64,000 nucleotides of DNA from an uncultured Prevotella sp. (GTDB lineage Bacteria; Bacteroidota; Bacteroidia; Bacteroidales; Bacteroidaceae): NCBI GenBank assembly GCA_964511295.1, contig CAZEEP010000001.1:71022-135021 (forward strand), given 5' to 3'. The notes under the pieces are model-generated. The model worked only from the letters and a program-made list of their open reading frames with translations. It searched no databases and had not been told where the DNA came from. Below, one piece after another: positions 1-11,100 of this stretch. Each line of letters starts with the position of its first letter. Position 1 is the first letter of the stretch. Made by a program: the position numbers and the translations under genes.

Positions 1-2465
1 TAGTGGCCTACGCTTGCGCCAAGCTCGATGTTCAGGTTGCGGCCGACGACGGGCTTGCCCGTAAGCGTAGCCTCGAAACCGATGTTGTCCAATGAGCCGC
101 CGTTGCTAAGATAGCTGTTTACACCAAGCACTGGGTTGTCAATATCCTTAATGGTCAGCAGGTTGGACGTATGGTCATAGAAGTAGTCGAAGTCGAGGCC
201 AATCCTGTTGTTGAGCCATGACGACTTAATTCCTATGTCAAACTTGCCGGTCTGCTCCCACTTAATACCGTCGTTACCAATGTTGTTGAGCTGTATACCG
301 TTGGCAGTGTTGAGATACTTCACAAGGTTGAAAGACGTGCGTGCAGCGTAGTTGCTTATGCCGTCGTTACCGCTGATATCGTAGCCCGTGTGCAACAGAA
401 GATAGTTGAGGGCATCGGTCTTTGGGAACCAGCTTTCGCTCGTCAATGCCCAGCCTGCTTGTACGCTTGGGAACAAGCCCCATCTTACACCTGCCAACTT
501 CAGCGCGCCGCTTGCGTTCTCACCAAAGCGGCTGTTCGACTCCATAGCCAATGACAGCTGCAAGAAGTATTTATTTCTGTAGCTATAGTCGGCATTGGCA
601 TACCAAGTGAAGCTTCTCCATTGGTCGTTCACGCCGCTTGCGCTTTGGAAGTCCATGTCGGTGGATATGTTCGGTGTCTTGTCGTTACCGCCTGACGAAT
701 ACTGACCCTTCGGAGCGTTCTGGTCATACGAGAATGAGTTGAAACGCAAGCCTCCGAATGCGGCAATAGTGCTTTGCCCCATAACCTTCTTGAACTCAAG
801 CCTTGTGTCGCTCTGGATGGAGTTCTCTTTTGCCGAGAATGCCATTGCCATGTTCTCCACACGCCCAATGTCAGGAATAGTGAACGAAGGCATTCCACCC
901 AACGGCCTGTAATAACGCTGCGATACATAGTCATAAGTATAGCTGAATGTCTCAGAGAGGCTCAGGTACTTATTGAAATTGTACTTTGGCGTAATGACGG
1001 CGTTGAAATGCGTCATCTCCACCCTGTTCTTGTCTATTCGGCTACCATTGGCAAGCAATGCCGTCGGGTTACCCAAAGTGAGATCCTTGTCAAGTTCCGT
1101 CAGGAAATCGTCGGGGCCGCTGAGAGTGGACGAGAGCTTGTGCGTGGTATTGTTGTAAGTATAAGGGCTCAGTATGGGAGCCTTGATGAGCGACAGGAAC
1201 GTAGGCGATGCAACTGGGCCTGCCGTGAAGTCCTCAGGAGCTCCATTGTCGAAGACATTCCTGTTGGTCTTTGAGAATGAGAGGTCGAAACGCGTGCTGA
1301 GGTCTTTCAGAATCTTGAGGTCGTTGTTGAAGCGCACGGCAAGGCGGTTGAAGCCGTTCTCGCGTGCTGTGCTCTGCGCGTCGGTGTAACCCAGCGAGAG
1401 GTTGTACATACCGATGTTGTCACCACCCTGCACGTTGATGTTGTAGTTCTGCGTCACAGCAGTGTGATAAGCCTCCTTTGACCAGTCAGTGTCGTTATGG
1501 TATGTGTTATAATAGAACTTGGACTTGTCGTCTGACAGGAACTTGAAGGTTCCCGTAAAATTGTCAATATTCGGGTATGTGCCCAGCATCTCTGCGGCAT
1601 ACAGCCTGTAGGATGTCGAGTTCATCATGTCCGGAAGCTTAGGCACCAAGTTCACCCCGGCTCCGATGTTGGCATCAATCCGCGTAGCCATAGAGTGGCC
1701 GCGCTTTGTCGATATGAGTATGACACCGTTCGAGCCTTTTGCGCCATAGATGGCAGTACCGTTCTTCAGCACCTGTACCTGGTCGATGTCCTCAGGAATG
1801 ATGTTAAGCCAGAAGTTCACATAGTCGCCATCGTGAATAGCCTCCCTCGTGTATTGCATGTCCTGCACTACGCCGTCAATCACGACAAGCGGCATGGAAT
1901 TGGAATTGAGAGAATGCAAGCCGCGGATGAACTGCACGGCACCGTAGCCTGAGCCTCCATTGCGCGCCACGGTGCGCATGTCAGCGCCCAGTTGCTCGCC
2001 TATTTGGACTTCTGCGGTCAAGCCTGTAGTGTTGTACATCGTCACCTTTGGCGAAGCCGTTATGTTGGTTGCATCTTCGAACATTGGCTTGAAGTGGTCA
2101 TTGATAAGCTTTACCGTTATCTCTTTTCCACCCTTTTTGTCAATAGCGATTTTTTGGCTTATGTACTTTGGAGTGTGCACATAAAGCGTAGTCTCCGTAA
2201 CCGGCACTTTTATCGTGAACTCACCCTTGGCATTGGTCATTGCTATGTACCTGTTGTCGCCCAACGCTTGCACCGACACACCGGTTACAGGCTGGCGCGT
2301 GCCCATGTCAATGACCGTGCCCTTGATCTCCCTCATCTGTCTTGACGGCAACGCCACCGTGGGCTTTGCCTTGGCTGCTGCGGATATATTTGCATCCTGT
2401 GCCACGGCAGGTACGCCATTGCACAAAGCCATAAGGCAGATGCACGTTATATAATTTTTCCTCAT
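1..2465 (-). CDS. SusC/RagA-family TonB-dependent outer-membrane transporter, N-terminal ~820 aa; the C-terminus runs off the window start
   Basis: Absent from the ORF track because there is no stop codon in the window. Reverse translation from the ATG (rc of cat at 2463-2465) gives the signal MRKNYITCICLMALCNGVPAVAQ and a CarboxypepD_reg-like stretch (IKGTVIDMGTRQPVTGVSVQALGDNRY..NAKGEFTIKV). The plug motif IPEDIDQVQVLKNGTAIYGAKGSNGVILISTKRG (rc of ~1697-1799) is in frame with that ATG. Confidence 0.85.
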   Translation of the reverse strand, partial: MRKNYITCICLMALCNGVPAVAQDANISAAAKAKPTVALPSRQMREIKGTVIDMGTRQPVTGVSVQALGDNRYIAMTNAKGEFTIKVPVTETTLYVHTPKYISQKIAIDKKGGKEITVKLINDHFKPMFEDATNITASPKVTMYNTTGLTAEVQIGEQLGADMRTVARNGGSGYGAVQFIRGLHSLNSNSMPLVVIDGVVQDMQYTREAIHDGDYVNFWLNIIPEDIDQVQVLKNGTAIYGAKGSNGVILISTKRGHSMATRIDANIGAGVNLVPKLPDMMNSTSYRLYAAEMLGTYPNIDNFTGTFKFLSDDKSKFYYNTYHNDTDWSKEAYHTAVTQNYNINVQGGDNIGMYNLSLGYTDAQSTARENGFNRLAVRFNNDLKILKDLSTRFDLSFSKTNRNVFDNGAPEDFTAGPVASPTFLSLIKAPILSPYTYNNTTHKLSSTLSGPDDFLTELDKDLTLGNPTALLANGSRIDKNRVEMTHFNAVITPKYNFNKYLSLSETFSYTYDYVSQRYYRPLGGMPSFTIPDIGRVENMAMAFSAKENSIQSDTRLEFKKVMGQSTIAAFGGLRFNSFSYDQNAPKGQYSSGGNDKTPNISTDMDFQSASGVNDQWRSFTWYANADYSYRNKYFLQLSLAMESNSRFGENASGALKLAGVRWGLFPSVQAGWALTSESWFPKTDALNYLLLHTGYDISGNDGISNYAARTSFNLVKYLNTANGIQLNNIGNDGIKWEQTGKFDIGIKSSWLNNRIGLDFDYFYDHTSNLLTIKDIDNPVLGVNSYLSNGGSLDNIGFEATLTGKPVVGRNLNIELGASVGH

Positions 2466-2543
2466 TTTCTTTGATTTAATGATTTGAATTAAAGCGGTAC
2501 AGACGGCCCGCAAGGGGCCGCCCCTGCTTAAAGGCAAGAATCT

Positions 2544-4259
2544 CTAATAATCTTTTGGCAAGGTATATTCAGGATGTTCTTTCATGTATTCGTCAAGCTC
2601 CTTCGGCACGAGCAAGATGCAGTCAATGCCGAACGTACGGCTGTAGATGTCACGCTCGCGGCTCTTCGACCTTTCGTTTATCTTGATGTACGGGTAATAG
2701 TTGCCGGTGCCATAGTAAGCAATCGGGAACGTGAAGTTGCCCACGAGCATGGTGTCCACCTTGCCGGCAGTTGTTACAAAGTCTTCGCCCCTCAGTTCCT
2801 TTACCTTTCCCTTTTCGTCGTTATAGCCGATGGTCAGGCGGAGCTTGCTCGGCAGGGGCAAGGTGTCGTAAACATTGGTGATGTTTGTTGGCACGAACAC
2901 AATGTAGATATTGTATTCCGTCGAGCGCACGTTAGGCAGGTAATAGTCTACCTCCGGGTTTGACTGGCTGCCAGATGGCGCTATAGACGCATACATGCTG
3001 TTGGACAGCTTGCCCGGCACGGCAGGGTTGCGGTTGGCGGCAGTAACACGTGGCGACGAAATGACAGCCTGGTTTGAGTAGGATACATACCTCGTTGCCT
3101 CTCCCTCAATGCGTATTATCGGATTCCACGTAAGCCAGGGATGCATGCCGATGTTGTCAGTGTAGAATACCGATCCGTTGGAGGCGTCACCCCGCGTGAC
3201 GTTTGCAAACAGCTTTGCGGCATCGTCGTGCATGAGCTTTGTTCCGCCTGTGGTGACCAAAGAGTCAGCCTCAAGCTTCTGCCCGGTCTGCAATGACTCC
3301 AAGCGTGAATTGTCATAAAGGTTGTTGTTGAAGAACAAGTCCTTCATTATGCTCCTGTTGGTGATAGAGTCAAGCAGATACTCAGCGTTGATGCTTACCT
3401 TTTGCTCCACTCTGCCTGAAGCCGCAGTGGCAGCCGTATTGGCAAGGAACGTGAAGTCAGGCACATAGTTATAATACTTCTTAATCGCCTCCTTCGCCTT
3501 AGTCCAAGCCTCGTTGGTTGGCACGAGCATGGTGTAGTTGCTGTCCTCGGCGTTTATCAGAGCGTTGTATCTCCTGTAGAGGTCGTTGGTCTCCGTATAC
3601 ACAGAGTCAAGGTATGTCCTCTCACCGTCTTTCAGCGGGCCCTCCGTACTCTTGCTGAGGTCAAGCTTGCGCACGTCATAGCTGTGGTAGAAAGCAGCCA
3701 CCGAGTCAATGGGTTGTATTTCAGGCGACAGCATCTCGTATATGTTCGCGAAGAAAGGCAACCTGCCAGTCGTGAGGTGTATCACGCCATTGGTGCTGAG
3801 AATGTTCGGCTGCGTAACCTGCACGCCGCCCATTGTATATGAACCGAAGCCCTTGAACTCCTTGAACTTGTCGTTCAGCAACAATACCTTTTTATCAACA
3901 GTACCGGATGCGGAGATATTGTTCTTGGCTATGTGGTTCTGCAAGAACTCTCTCAGCAACTTGTCGTTGCCAAGATTGTTGATGCTGTCGTAGTTGAAGG
4001 TTCCGTCGGCAGGAATCCACGCAGTATAGCTGTTGGGAGCGTTGAGCACCGAATCGTAGCCTGCCTTCAAGGCAAGCGCACGAAACTGTGACATATTTTC
4101 ATTTGCAACTATATTCTCCCAAATCGTTGAATTGGCAGAGCCTGCTACATTGTCGGCAGTATAGTGGTCGTCCCAGTCGGAGCAAGCTCCTGCCATGACG
4201 GCAGTGATTGCCACTGCGACGGGAATGCACACCTTTCTTATATTATGCTTTTTATTCAT
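2544..4259 (-). CDS. Fasciclin (FAS1) domain surface lipoprotein, 571 aa
   Basis: Lipoprotein signal (..AVMAGACSDW). FAS1-type motifs YTAWIPADGTFNY, NGVIHLTTGRLPF, YTMLVPTNEAWTKA and LQNHIAKNNISASG. Follows the 694-aa FAS1 gene after a 21-nt gap. Confidence 0.75.
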   Translation of the reverse strand: MNKKHNIRKVCIPVAVAITAVMAGACSDWDDHYTADNVAGSANSTIWENIVANENMSQFRALALKAGYDSVLNAPNSYTAWIPADGTFNYDSINNLGNDKLLREFLQNHIAKNNISASGTVDKKVLLLNDKFKEFKGFGSYTMGGVQVTQPNILSTNGVIHLTTGRLPFFANIYEMLSPEIQPIDSVAAFYHSYDVRKLDLSKSTEGPLKDGERTYLDSVYTETNDLYRRYNALINAEDSNYTMLVPTNEAWTKAKEAIKKYYNYVPDFTFLANTAATAASGRVEQKVSINAEYLLDSITNRSIMKDLFFNNNLYDNSRLESLQTGQKLEADSLVTTGGTKLMHDDAAKLFANVTRGDASNGSVFYTDNIGMHPWLTWNPIIRIEGEATRYVSYSNQAVISSPRVTAANRNPAVPGKLSNSMYASIAPSGSQSNPEVDYYLPNVRSTEYNIYIVFVPTNITNVYDTLPLPSKLRLTIGYNDEKGKVKELRGEDFVTTAGKVDTMLVGNFTFPIAYYGTGNYYPYIKINERSKSRERDIYSRTFGIDCILLVPKELDEYMKEHPEYTLPKDY

Positions 4260-4280
4260 AGTTCTTAAGCTTTCGAGAAG

Positions 4281-6365
4281 TTAAAACATGTCTTCCGAGT
4301 ATTGTGAATTGTTGTATACGTCTTCCGGTACGAGCTCGATGTAGTCCAAGTGGAGCATAGGCCCTGTGTCTTCGAGTACCGACTTGAACCTGAGCCAGTA
4401 TTCGCCTTGCTTCATGGTAACCTTTGCAAGCACTCGGCGTATCGTGCCGGCCTCTCCTCTTGCGTTTCCGCCGCCACGGCAAATCATGCCAAGCGGGCCG
4501 CGCATATATCCGAGGTTGTGCATTGAATAGTCGCTTTCCAGTCCGTCGTCGTCGGTAAGCGTATATGTGCACCATCCCGTGATGGCATCAGGTGTAGCAG
4601 TGTTGGCGGCAGGACGATGACGCATGTCAAGCGGAATGTCCAACGGAGTCATTTGGTTTTGGTCGTTGGTACCGACGCCCATGAAGATCTGCATCATACC
4701 GCGGTTGCCGGTTCCTGTTCCGCCAATAGCCTGGTAGCCCATACGTATTTCGTATGCCCCGTCTGGCACAGGAGGCAACTTTATGGCGATGTCGTACTTT
4801 CCCTGAACGTTTATCTCGTCTGCTTCCCACGAGTACCAACGAGGTTTGTCACCATCCATCTCGGTAGGCATATAGCGCACCTTGGAATCAGTACCATTAT
4901 AGGAAATCATGTTCGTGAAATATCCCACGGGTATACCCATTTGCTTCTCTGACACGCCATTTCCCAAATTTTTAAGCTCGTCAGTAGACATGTGCCTGAA
5001 GCGGTTGGACAGCAATTCCGGGAACAGAGACGTTATGTCAAATCTCAGACGCTCGTTGAGAACGCCGCGCGGCACGTTTTCCTTGTAAACCAAAGGAGCG
5101 TTGAGTGAATAGATCATGCCATTGAAAGCCGAAATGGGCTTTGTGGCGTTGGTTATCATCACACCCTCGTCCAATATGGCGTGCATGGCTGCAGAGCCTG
5201 TTTTCAATGGCGTGTCCGTCAGCGTGCTGTTGTTGGTCCAGCGGTTTATCACCTTGTCCCCGTTCTCGTATGATATGCGCATGAGCGTGTGGGGCAGCAA
5301 TGTCTCAAAGTAGTTCATGGCAGGCGAGCCTTGCGTCTTTGCATAGTCTTCGCCATAGTAAACCAGGTCGCTGGATGAAATGTTACCACTGACGAGGTGA
5401 TAGCGCACGAACATGTTGAGCGCGTTGTTCGCATTCTTGTAGTCAGAGCCGGTGCTGACGTTTATGTTGTTGTTGCGGTAATGGTCATACCAGCCCGTAC
5501 CCTCTTTGGCGCAATCGCCGTATTGCTCGTTGGCATACGCCACCAAGTCCTCAAACGAGTTTATGCCCGCAGCCTGCAGCACTTCGTTGGTCTCCGCAAA
5601 TATTGTAAATCCGACTTTGCACTCCGTAGGTACGTAGAGATTAGCGTTGTTATTGTCACTCCTGTTCGGTCCCGTAGAAGCGTCAAAGCCATCGCGCCTG
5701 TTTACGAGCAGCGAGTCGGAAAGCCCCGTTTTTTCCAGAGCCTCACAGAAGATGCTGTATTCAGAATGCTTTCCCAACTCATTGCTGAGCATGTTGTTTG
5801 AACGCGGTATGACCCGGTCAATCTCGTGTAGCACGCCGTTTTGCAGCTCAACGTCCACAGTGTCGGTAAGGTGGGCTGAGTTGTTCAGCGTAACCCTTCC
5901 GAGAGAATCTATCGACGTGTTTACGTCACGCCTCAATATGGTTGTGAAGTAGCCGCCCTTGCTCATGCCTACGCTCATCACCTTGGTGTAGAGCAGGTGG
6001 AAAAGCGCGATGTCCTCACAAAGCGAGTCGGTGAGTCCTACAAGGCTTTTCTCCGTCATGCCGTTGTGTGGTATCTCAGCCTCCACGTCCTCGTACAGGC
6101 TGTCTATATACGTCTCCAGTGCCTTGTTGTCCGGGACAAGGCAAGTATAGGTGCCATAGCTTGAGAGTATGGCATCGTAGCCTATCCTGCTGAGGATATA
6201 GCTGAAGTTGCTGAACTTCTCCGGACGGTTGGCAAGATAATCCTCGATTGTCTCGCCTGTAAAGCTGTACATGTTCGACTCGTCAATGTCTTCTTTGCAC
6301 GAAGTCAAGCAGAATGCTACCTGGAGCGTAGCCAATAGCATCCATAGGAATTTATATCGTTTCAT
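4281..6365 (-). CDS. Fasciclin (FAS1) domain surface lipoprotein, 694 aa
   Basis: Lipoprotein signal (LQVAFCLTSC). FAS1 motifs YTCLVPDNKALETY, NGVLHEIDRVIPRS, FTIFAETNEVLQAAG and VRYHLVSGNISSSDL. The C-terminal ~200 aa form a non-FAS1 beta-rich domain. Lies directly downstream of susD. Confidence 0.75.
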   Translation of the reverse strand: MKRYKFLWMLLATLQVAFCLTSCKEDIDESNMYSFTGETIEDYLANRPEKFSNFSYILSRIGYDAILSSYGTYTCLVPDNKALETYIDSLYEDVEAEIPHNGMTEKSLVGLTDSLCEDIALFHLLYTKVMSVGMSKGGYFTTILRRDVNTSIDSLGRVTLNNSAHLTDTVDVELQNGVLHEIDRVIPRSNNMLSNELGKHSEYSIFCEALEKTGLSDSLLVNRRDGFDASTGPNRSDNNNANLYVPTECKVGFTIFAETNEVLQAAGINSFEDLVAYANEQYGDCAKEGTGWYDHYRNNNINVSTGSDYKNANNALNMFVRYHLVSGNISSSDLVYYGEDYAKTQGSPAMNYFETLLPHTLMRISYENGDKVINRWTNNSTLTDTPLKTGSAAMHAILDEGVMITNATKPISAFNGMIYSLNAPLVYKENVPRGVLNERLRFDITSLFPELLSNRFRHMSTDELKNLGNGVSEKQMGIPVGYFTNMISYNGTDSKVRYMPTEMDGDKPRWYSWEADEINVQGKYDIAIKLPPVPDGAYEIRMGYQAIGGTGTGNRGMMQIFMGVGTNDQNQMTPLDIPLDMRHRPAANTATPDAITGWCTYTLTDDDGLESDYSMHNLGYMRGPLGMICRGGGNARGEAGTIRRVLAKVTMKQGEYWLRFKSVLEDTGPMLHLDYIELVPEDVYNNSQYSEDMF

Positions 6366-6375
6366 AGTATCCGTT

Positions 6376-8136
6376 TTATTGTTTTACTGATGTCTCAACG
6401 AGCTTGAAAACAGGATTCTGCTTCAGCAGCTTATTGACCTTCAAGTCATGCTGGTAAATGGGCCAATACAGGTAAGGCTCCGATTTCATCTTGTAAATAA
6501 ACACATCACCTCCGGTAGTGTATTTCCTTGCTGCCATTGCCAGCATTGGCTGGTAAAGTTGCGGCCACTCCACCTGGTCAGCCATAGGCTTGGTTATGTC
6601 CACGCCTTCCATGTGCCTGTAGCAATACCTCATGAGGTCAAACCAGCGCTTTCCCTCGAAAGACAGCTCGCGTCCTCTTTCTGCAAGCACAAGGTTTTCC
6701 ATTTCACCTTGCGTTTGGAAGTCGCCTATTTTCAGCGTGTCGGTGGGAGCGTTGCCGCGTGTAGACATAGAACGCTTGTTGACTACCTGCACGAGGTTGA
6801 AAGCCTGTTCCAGCGCGCTTTCGTCCTCTTGCGATATCTGTACAAGAGCCTCTGCCTTCATCAGCATGACATCGGTGAGACGGTATACCATCCAGTTCTG
6901 CGTGAAGTTGGCTACACGGCGCGTAGCTCCCTGCGCGAAATTCTGCCCGTTGCCGGAAGTGGGCGCGTTGTCGCCAGTGATAGTGGCGTACTTGCGGATG
7001 TTCAGCTCAGTATAGTCGTCATTCTCTACCTCGAATACATTGTCCCAATAGCGATGGTCGTTCTTTGAGAAGAAAATCTTCTGCGACGATTGGGTGTTGG
7101 CATCCGTCGATGTCGCATTGAAAATCTGCGAAGCCATGAAGCGAGAGATGGCAGAGTTGTCGCTTGTACGGTATAGATAGTTGCAGAGAGTGGAGTTGGC
7201 ATTGGTGTTTCCGTCATACTGCAATTCCAGGATGCTTTCCCTTGAGTTGCCGTTTACGAATATCTCCCTCATAGCGTTCTCTGCCGTATACAGATGGTAG
7301 CGGTCATTGGCGTCTCCCACCGTCACCTGGTCGGTATTGTTCTCCTTGAACCATTTGTCCTTTGACTCGATTATCATGTCGCAATAGGATATGCACTGCC
7401 TGTAATCGCTCACATTATGGGTCATTGAGCCACGCCAGAGGTAGATGTCTGCAAGGAGCGCGTTGACGGCGTCACGGGTGAAATAGCCCTTGTTGCGCCA
7501 GTTGCCATTGCCGTAGGCGCCCGACTTCATCACGAGATGTCCTGCTTCCTCAAGGTCATTGATGCAGAATGCGAGCACGCTGTCCGGTGCCGACTGCGGT
7601 ATCACCATCTGCTCGTCATCGTCTTCGTAAGCCTGCTTCGTGTAAGGAACGTCGCGGAAAGCCCTCACGAGGTAGAAGTAGCACAGCGAGCGCAGCGCAA
7701 GCATGTTGCCGCGCACCACCTCATAGTCGCCCTGCGTGAACTCCGGGTCAATCTCCATCACCTTTGGCGCGTGCTCAAGCACTATGTTGCAACGGTTAAT
7801 GACAGCGTAGAAAGAAGCCCAGTCACATACGTTCTGCGTTTGCAGCAGGTTTACCGCGCTGATGTTTTCGAAGTCATTGTTTGTAAAACTCGTGCTCTGT
7901 ATCACCTCGTCCGAACGGAACGTGCTCCATACTATGGCCCTTTCCTCGGTTGCGCCTGAAATCATTTGCGCGTATGCTGCTGCCATAGTTTCCTGGACGT
8001 CACCTGCCGTTTTCCAGAAATCCTTGCCCGTGACGCGGTCGGTAGGATAAATCGTGAGATAGTCATTGCAAGAAGTGACCGTCATCAATCCCACAGACGC
8101 AAATGCGAGCATACTGAGAATATGTTTGATTTTCAT
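6376..8136 (-). CDS. SusD/RagB-family nutrient-binding outer-membrane lipoprotein
   Basis: Motifs SCNDYLTIYPTDRVTGKDFW and LRSLCYFYLVRAFRDVPY, positioned immediately after susC. The start was moved to Met10 (MKIKHILSMLAFASVGLMTVTSC lipoprotein signal; cat at 8134-8136). This removes the overlap with the susC stop at 8153. Confidence 0.85.
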   Translation of the reverse strand: MKIKHILSMLAFASVGLMTVTSCNDYLTIYPTDRVTGKDFWKTAGDVQETMAAAYAQMISGATEERAIVWSTFRSDEVIQSTSFTNNDFENISAVNLLQTQNVCDWASFYAVINRCNIVLEHAPKVMEIDPEFTQGDYEVVRGNMLALRSLCYFYLVRAFRDVPYTKQAYEDDDEQMVIPQSAPDSVLAFCINDLEEAGHLVMKSGAYGNGNWRNKGYFTRDAVNALLADIYLWRGSMTHNVSDYRQCISYCDMIIESKDKWFKENNTDQVTVGDANDRYHLYTAENAMREIFVNGNSRESILELQYDGNTNANSTLCNYLYRTSDNSAISRFMASQIFNATSTDANTQSSQKIFFSKNDHRYWDNVFEVENDDYTELNIRKYATITGDNAPTSGNGQNFAQGATRRVANFTQNWMVYRLTDVMLMKAEALVQISQEDESALEQAFNLVQVVNKRSMSTRGNAPTDTLKIGDFQTQGEMENLVLAERGRELSFEGKRWFDLMRYCYRHMEGVDITKPMADQVEWPQLYQPMLAMAARKYTTGGDVFIYKMKSEPYLYWPIYQHDLKVNKLLKQNPVFKLVETSVKQ

Positions 8137-8152
8137 TTCGTGTTTTTTTAGA

Positions 8153-11100
8153 TTAGAATCCAATGTTTAAGTTCATTGTCACCGACTTGCTTCTCGGCGT
8201 CTGCGAGTTGTCCTCTGCAATGCCGAACGAACCTGCCGAGTGCTCCGGGTCGGTACCGCTGTAATGGCTCCACACAAACGGGTTTTGTATAGAAACCGAG
8301 AGCGCGAGCTGGTTCAGTCCGAGGTTCTTCAGCATCTTCTTCTCGAAGGAATAGCGCAGCTGTATATAGCTCAGGCGCAAGAAGCTGCCTGTCTCCACGA
8401 AGCGGTCGCTACCGAGCCAGTTGTAGCCGGTGTTGTACATAGCCCTCGGAATCTGCGTCACGTCGCCGTCCTTGCGCCAGCGGAAGTTGACCGCCGTGCT
8501 TTGGTTGTAAGCGTTGTACATTTCCTCAAGCGACATTCTTGCCTTGTTGATCTCCTTGAAACCTACGCGGTAGCTGAAGTTGGAGCGCAGCGAGAACCTG
8601 CCGTAGTTGAAGGTCAGGTTGAAGCCGCCCTGCCACTGAGGGTTGGAGTTGCCAAGATAAACGATGTCGAGCTGGTTTATCTGTCCGTCGTGGTTCACGT
8701 CCTCGTAGATGGCGTCACCACCATGGAACTGGTATGTGGAAGCGCCGTTGAGGTAGTTGTATACCACTCGCACGGGCTCGCCGTTACGGTTCATCAGCAC
8801 ACGTCCGTTGGCATCGGTAGCCACAGGAGCAGTCTTACCCGAAGCGAGGAACTGGTTGATGAAGTCCCTGAACTGGTTGCTGTCCCAATTGTTCAAGTCG
8901 CGCTGGTCGGTCAGGTACTCGTAGCTGTACTGGTAAACGCCCTTGTATCTCAAGCCGAAGATAGAACCCAACGGGTTGCCCACCTGTATGCGCTTGAGCC
9001 ATGTGCCGCGTGAGCCTGCGTTCCACTGGTCGTTCAGTGACTCGAGCACGCTCTCGTCCATGCTCTCGATGCGGTTGAAGTTCTGCGCCACGTTCACGCT
9101 TGCCGTCATTGAGAACTTGCCCACGTTGATGATCTTGTTGAGGCTTACGTTCAGCTCCCAACCCTTGTTGCTCATCTCGCCGACGTTCGAATAGGCAAGC
9201 ACGCTGAAGCCGGCTGTCGAAGGAATGTCCACATTGCCCATGAGCAGGTTCTTCGTGCGCTTGTAATAATAGTTGAAGTCACCGGTGATCTTGTCGTTGA
9301 AGAAACCGAAGTCACCGCCGATGTTCCACTGTGAAGTCCTTTCCCACTTCAGCTTGTTCAGCTGCAGTCCCTCAAGGTAAGTGACACTCTGGTTGCCCGA
9401 ACCGCTACCATACGAACCGTCGGTGCGATAGCGAGCGTACTGCAAGTACTCCCTGCCCGGTGTCCTTCCCACGATACCCCATGACGGGCGGAACGACAGC
9501 ATGGAGAGCACGCGGCGGCTCCAGTCCATCCAAGGCTCCTCTGAGATGTTCCATCGTGCGCTGAAGCCCGGGAAGATACCCCACTTGCTTGAATCGCCGA
9601 AACGCGTGGTTCCGTCAACGCGGAGCGACGGGTCAACGGCATAGCGTCCCTTGTATGAGAAGTGGCCCGTGTAGATGGCGCCCATGCTGCGTCCCTCGCC
9701 GTTTCCGGTGCTCATCGACGACAGGTTGCCGCCCGTTGAAGGCGACGTGATGCCCGAAGGCAAGTTGCGCGATCCCACGTTCTGGCTTGTGCTGTTGTTG
9801 AAACTCATCTCCACGCGTGCCATCATGGTGCTGTAGAAGTCCTTGTTCTTGAAACGCGGCGTGAAAGTGAGCGTGTGCCTTGTCGTGAGCGAAAGGCTGC
9901 TGTTGTCGCTGGTGGAGATGCGGTTGTAGTCGCCGTCAGTCCATCCGCTTGTCTCCAGCGAGCCCGGGTAGAAGACGTTGGATGACGAGGAGTAGATGTC
10001 AAAGTACACCTGTCCTGTATATTTCAGCTGTGTCTCGTCGTCGTGTATGCCGAGCAATTGGTACTCGAGCCTGAAGTCAGGCGATATACGGTACTGGCTC
10101 TCGTGGTTGTAAGCCTCGTTGGCAATAGCCACAGGGTTGCCAAGCGCGCGTATGGAGCTGAGCTGCGGCGCAGACGTGTTGCTGACCGACGAGCCGGCTG
10201 CGTTGTTTGCGCCCGACGGCAACATTATATAATATATGTCAGTGTCATTGCCGTTTGCGTCCTGCCTGTATATGCTCATGTTCGGCGCAATCTTCTGCGC
10301 AATGCCGAGCAGTCCGGTGTAGTTCTTGTTGTTCCTGGTGTATGTGAGCGGGAACTGTGTCGAGAACTTTATGCGGTCGCTCACGAAGTAGTCGAGCGTC
10401 AACCTCGTGGAGAAACGGTCGAGGCTCTGCTTGATGATGGAGCCTATCTGGTGGTCATAGCCTGCGCTGACGCGGAAGTTGGCCTTCTCGCCGCCACCGC
10501 TGATGGTCACATAGTGATATTGCGAAACGCCCGTTTGCGTCACAGCCTTCACCCAGTCGGTGTTGTTGTTCCAGTTCTCATACTCAGCCCACGACTTGTT
10601 GTAGTTTATCTCGTTGATGTTTGTCGTGGCGTCGGCAGCCTGCGAAGGGTTGTAGTACATTTCCTTCAGCATCATGGTGTAGTCGTCACCGTTGAGCAGG
10701 TTGTAGCCCTTAGGCTGCCAGTTAGCCTGCATTCGCAGCGAGTAGTCCACGCGTATCTTTCCGCGTGAGCCGCGCTTGGTGGTAATCTCGATAACGCCGT
10801 TTGCGCCCCTCGATCCCCATATGGCCGTAGCGGCGGCATCCTTCAGGACGCTGATGGTCGAGATGTCCTCCGGGTTGATGGAGAGCAGCGATGCGTAAGT
10901 CTCCTCGTTGGCGTTGGCGAAGTCGAAGTTCTCGTCGTCTGCCGTCTCGAAGATGTTGCCGTCCACCACGATCAGAGGCTCAGACGAACCCGTGATAGAG
11001 GTGATACCGCGCAGGCGCATGGAGGTGCCAGCACCGAGGTTACCGGAGTTCACCACCACGTCGAGACCTGCGATCTGTCCCTGCAGCGCCTCGTCGGCAG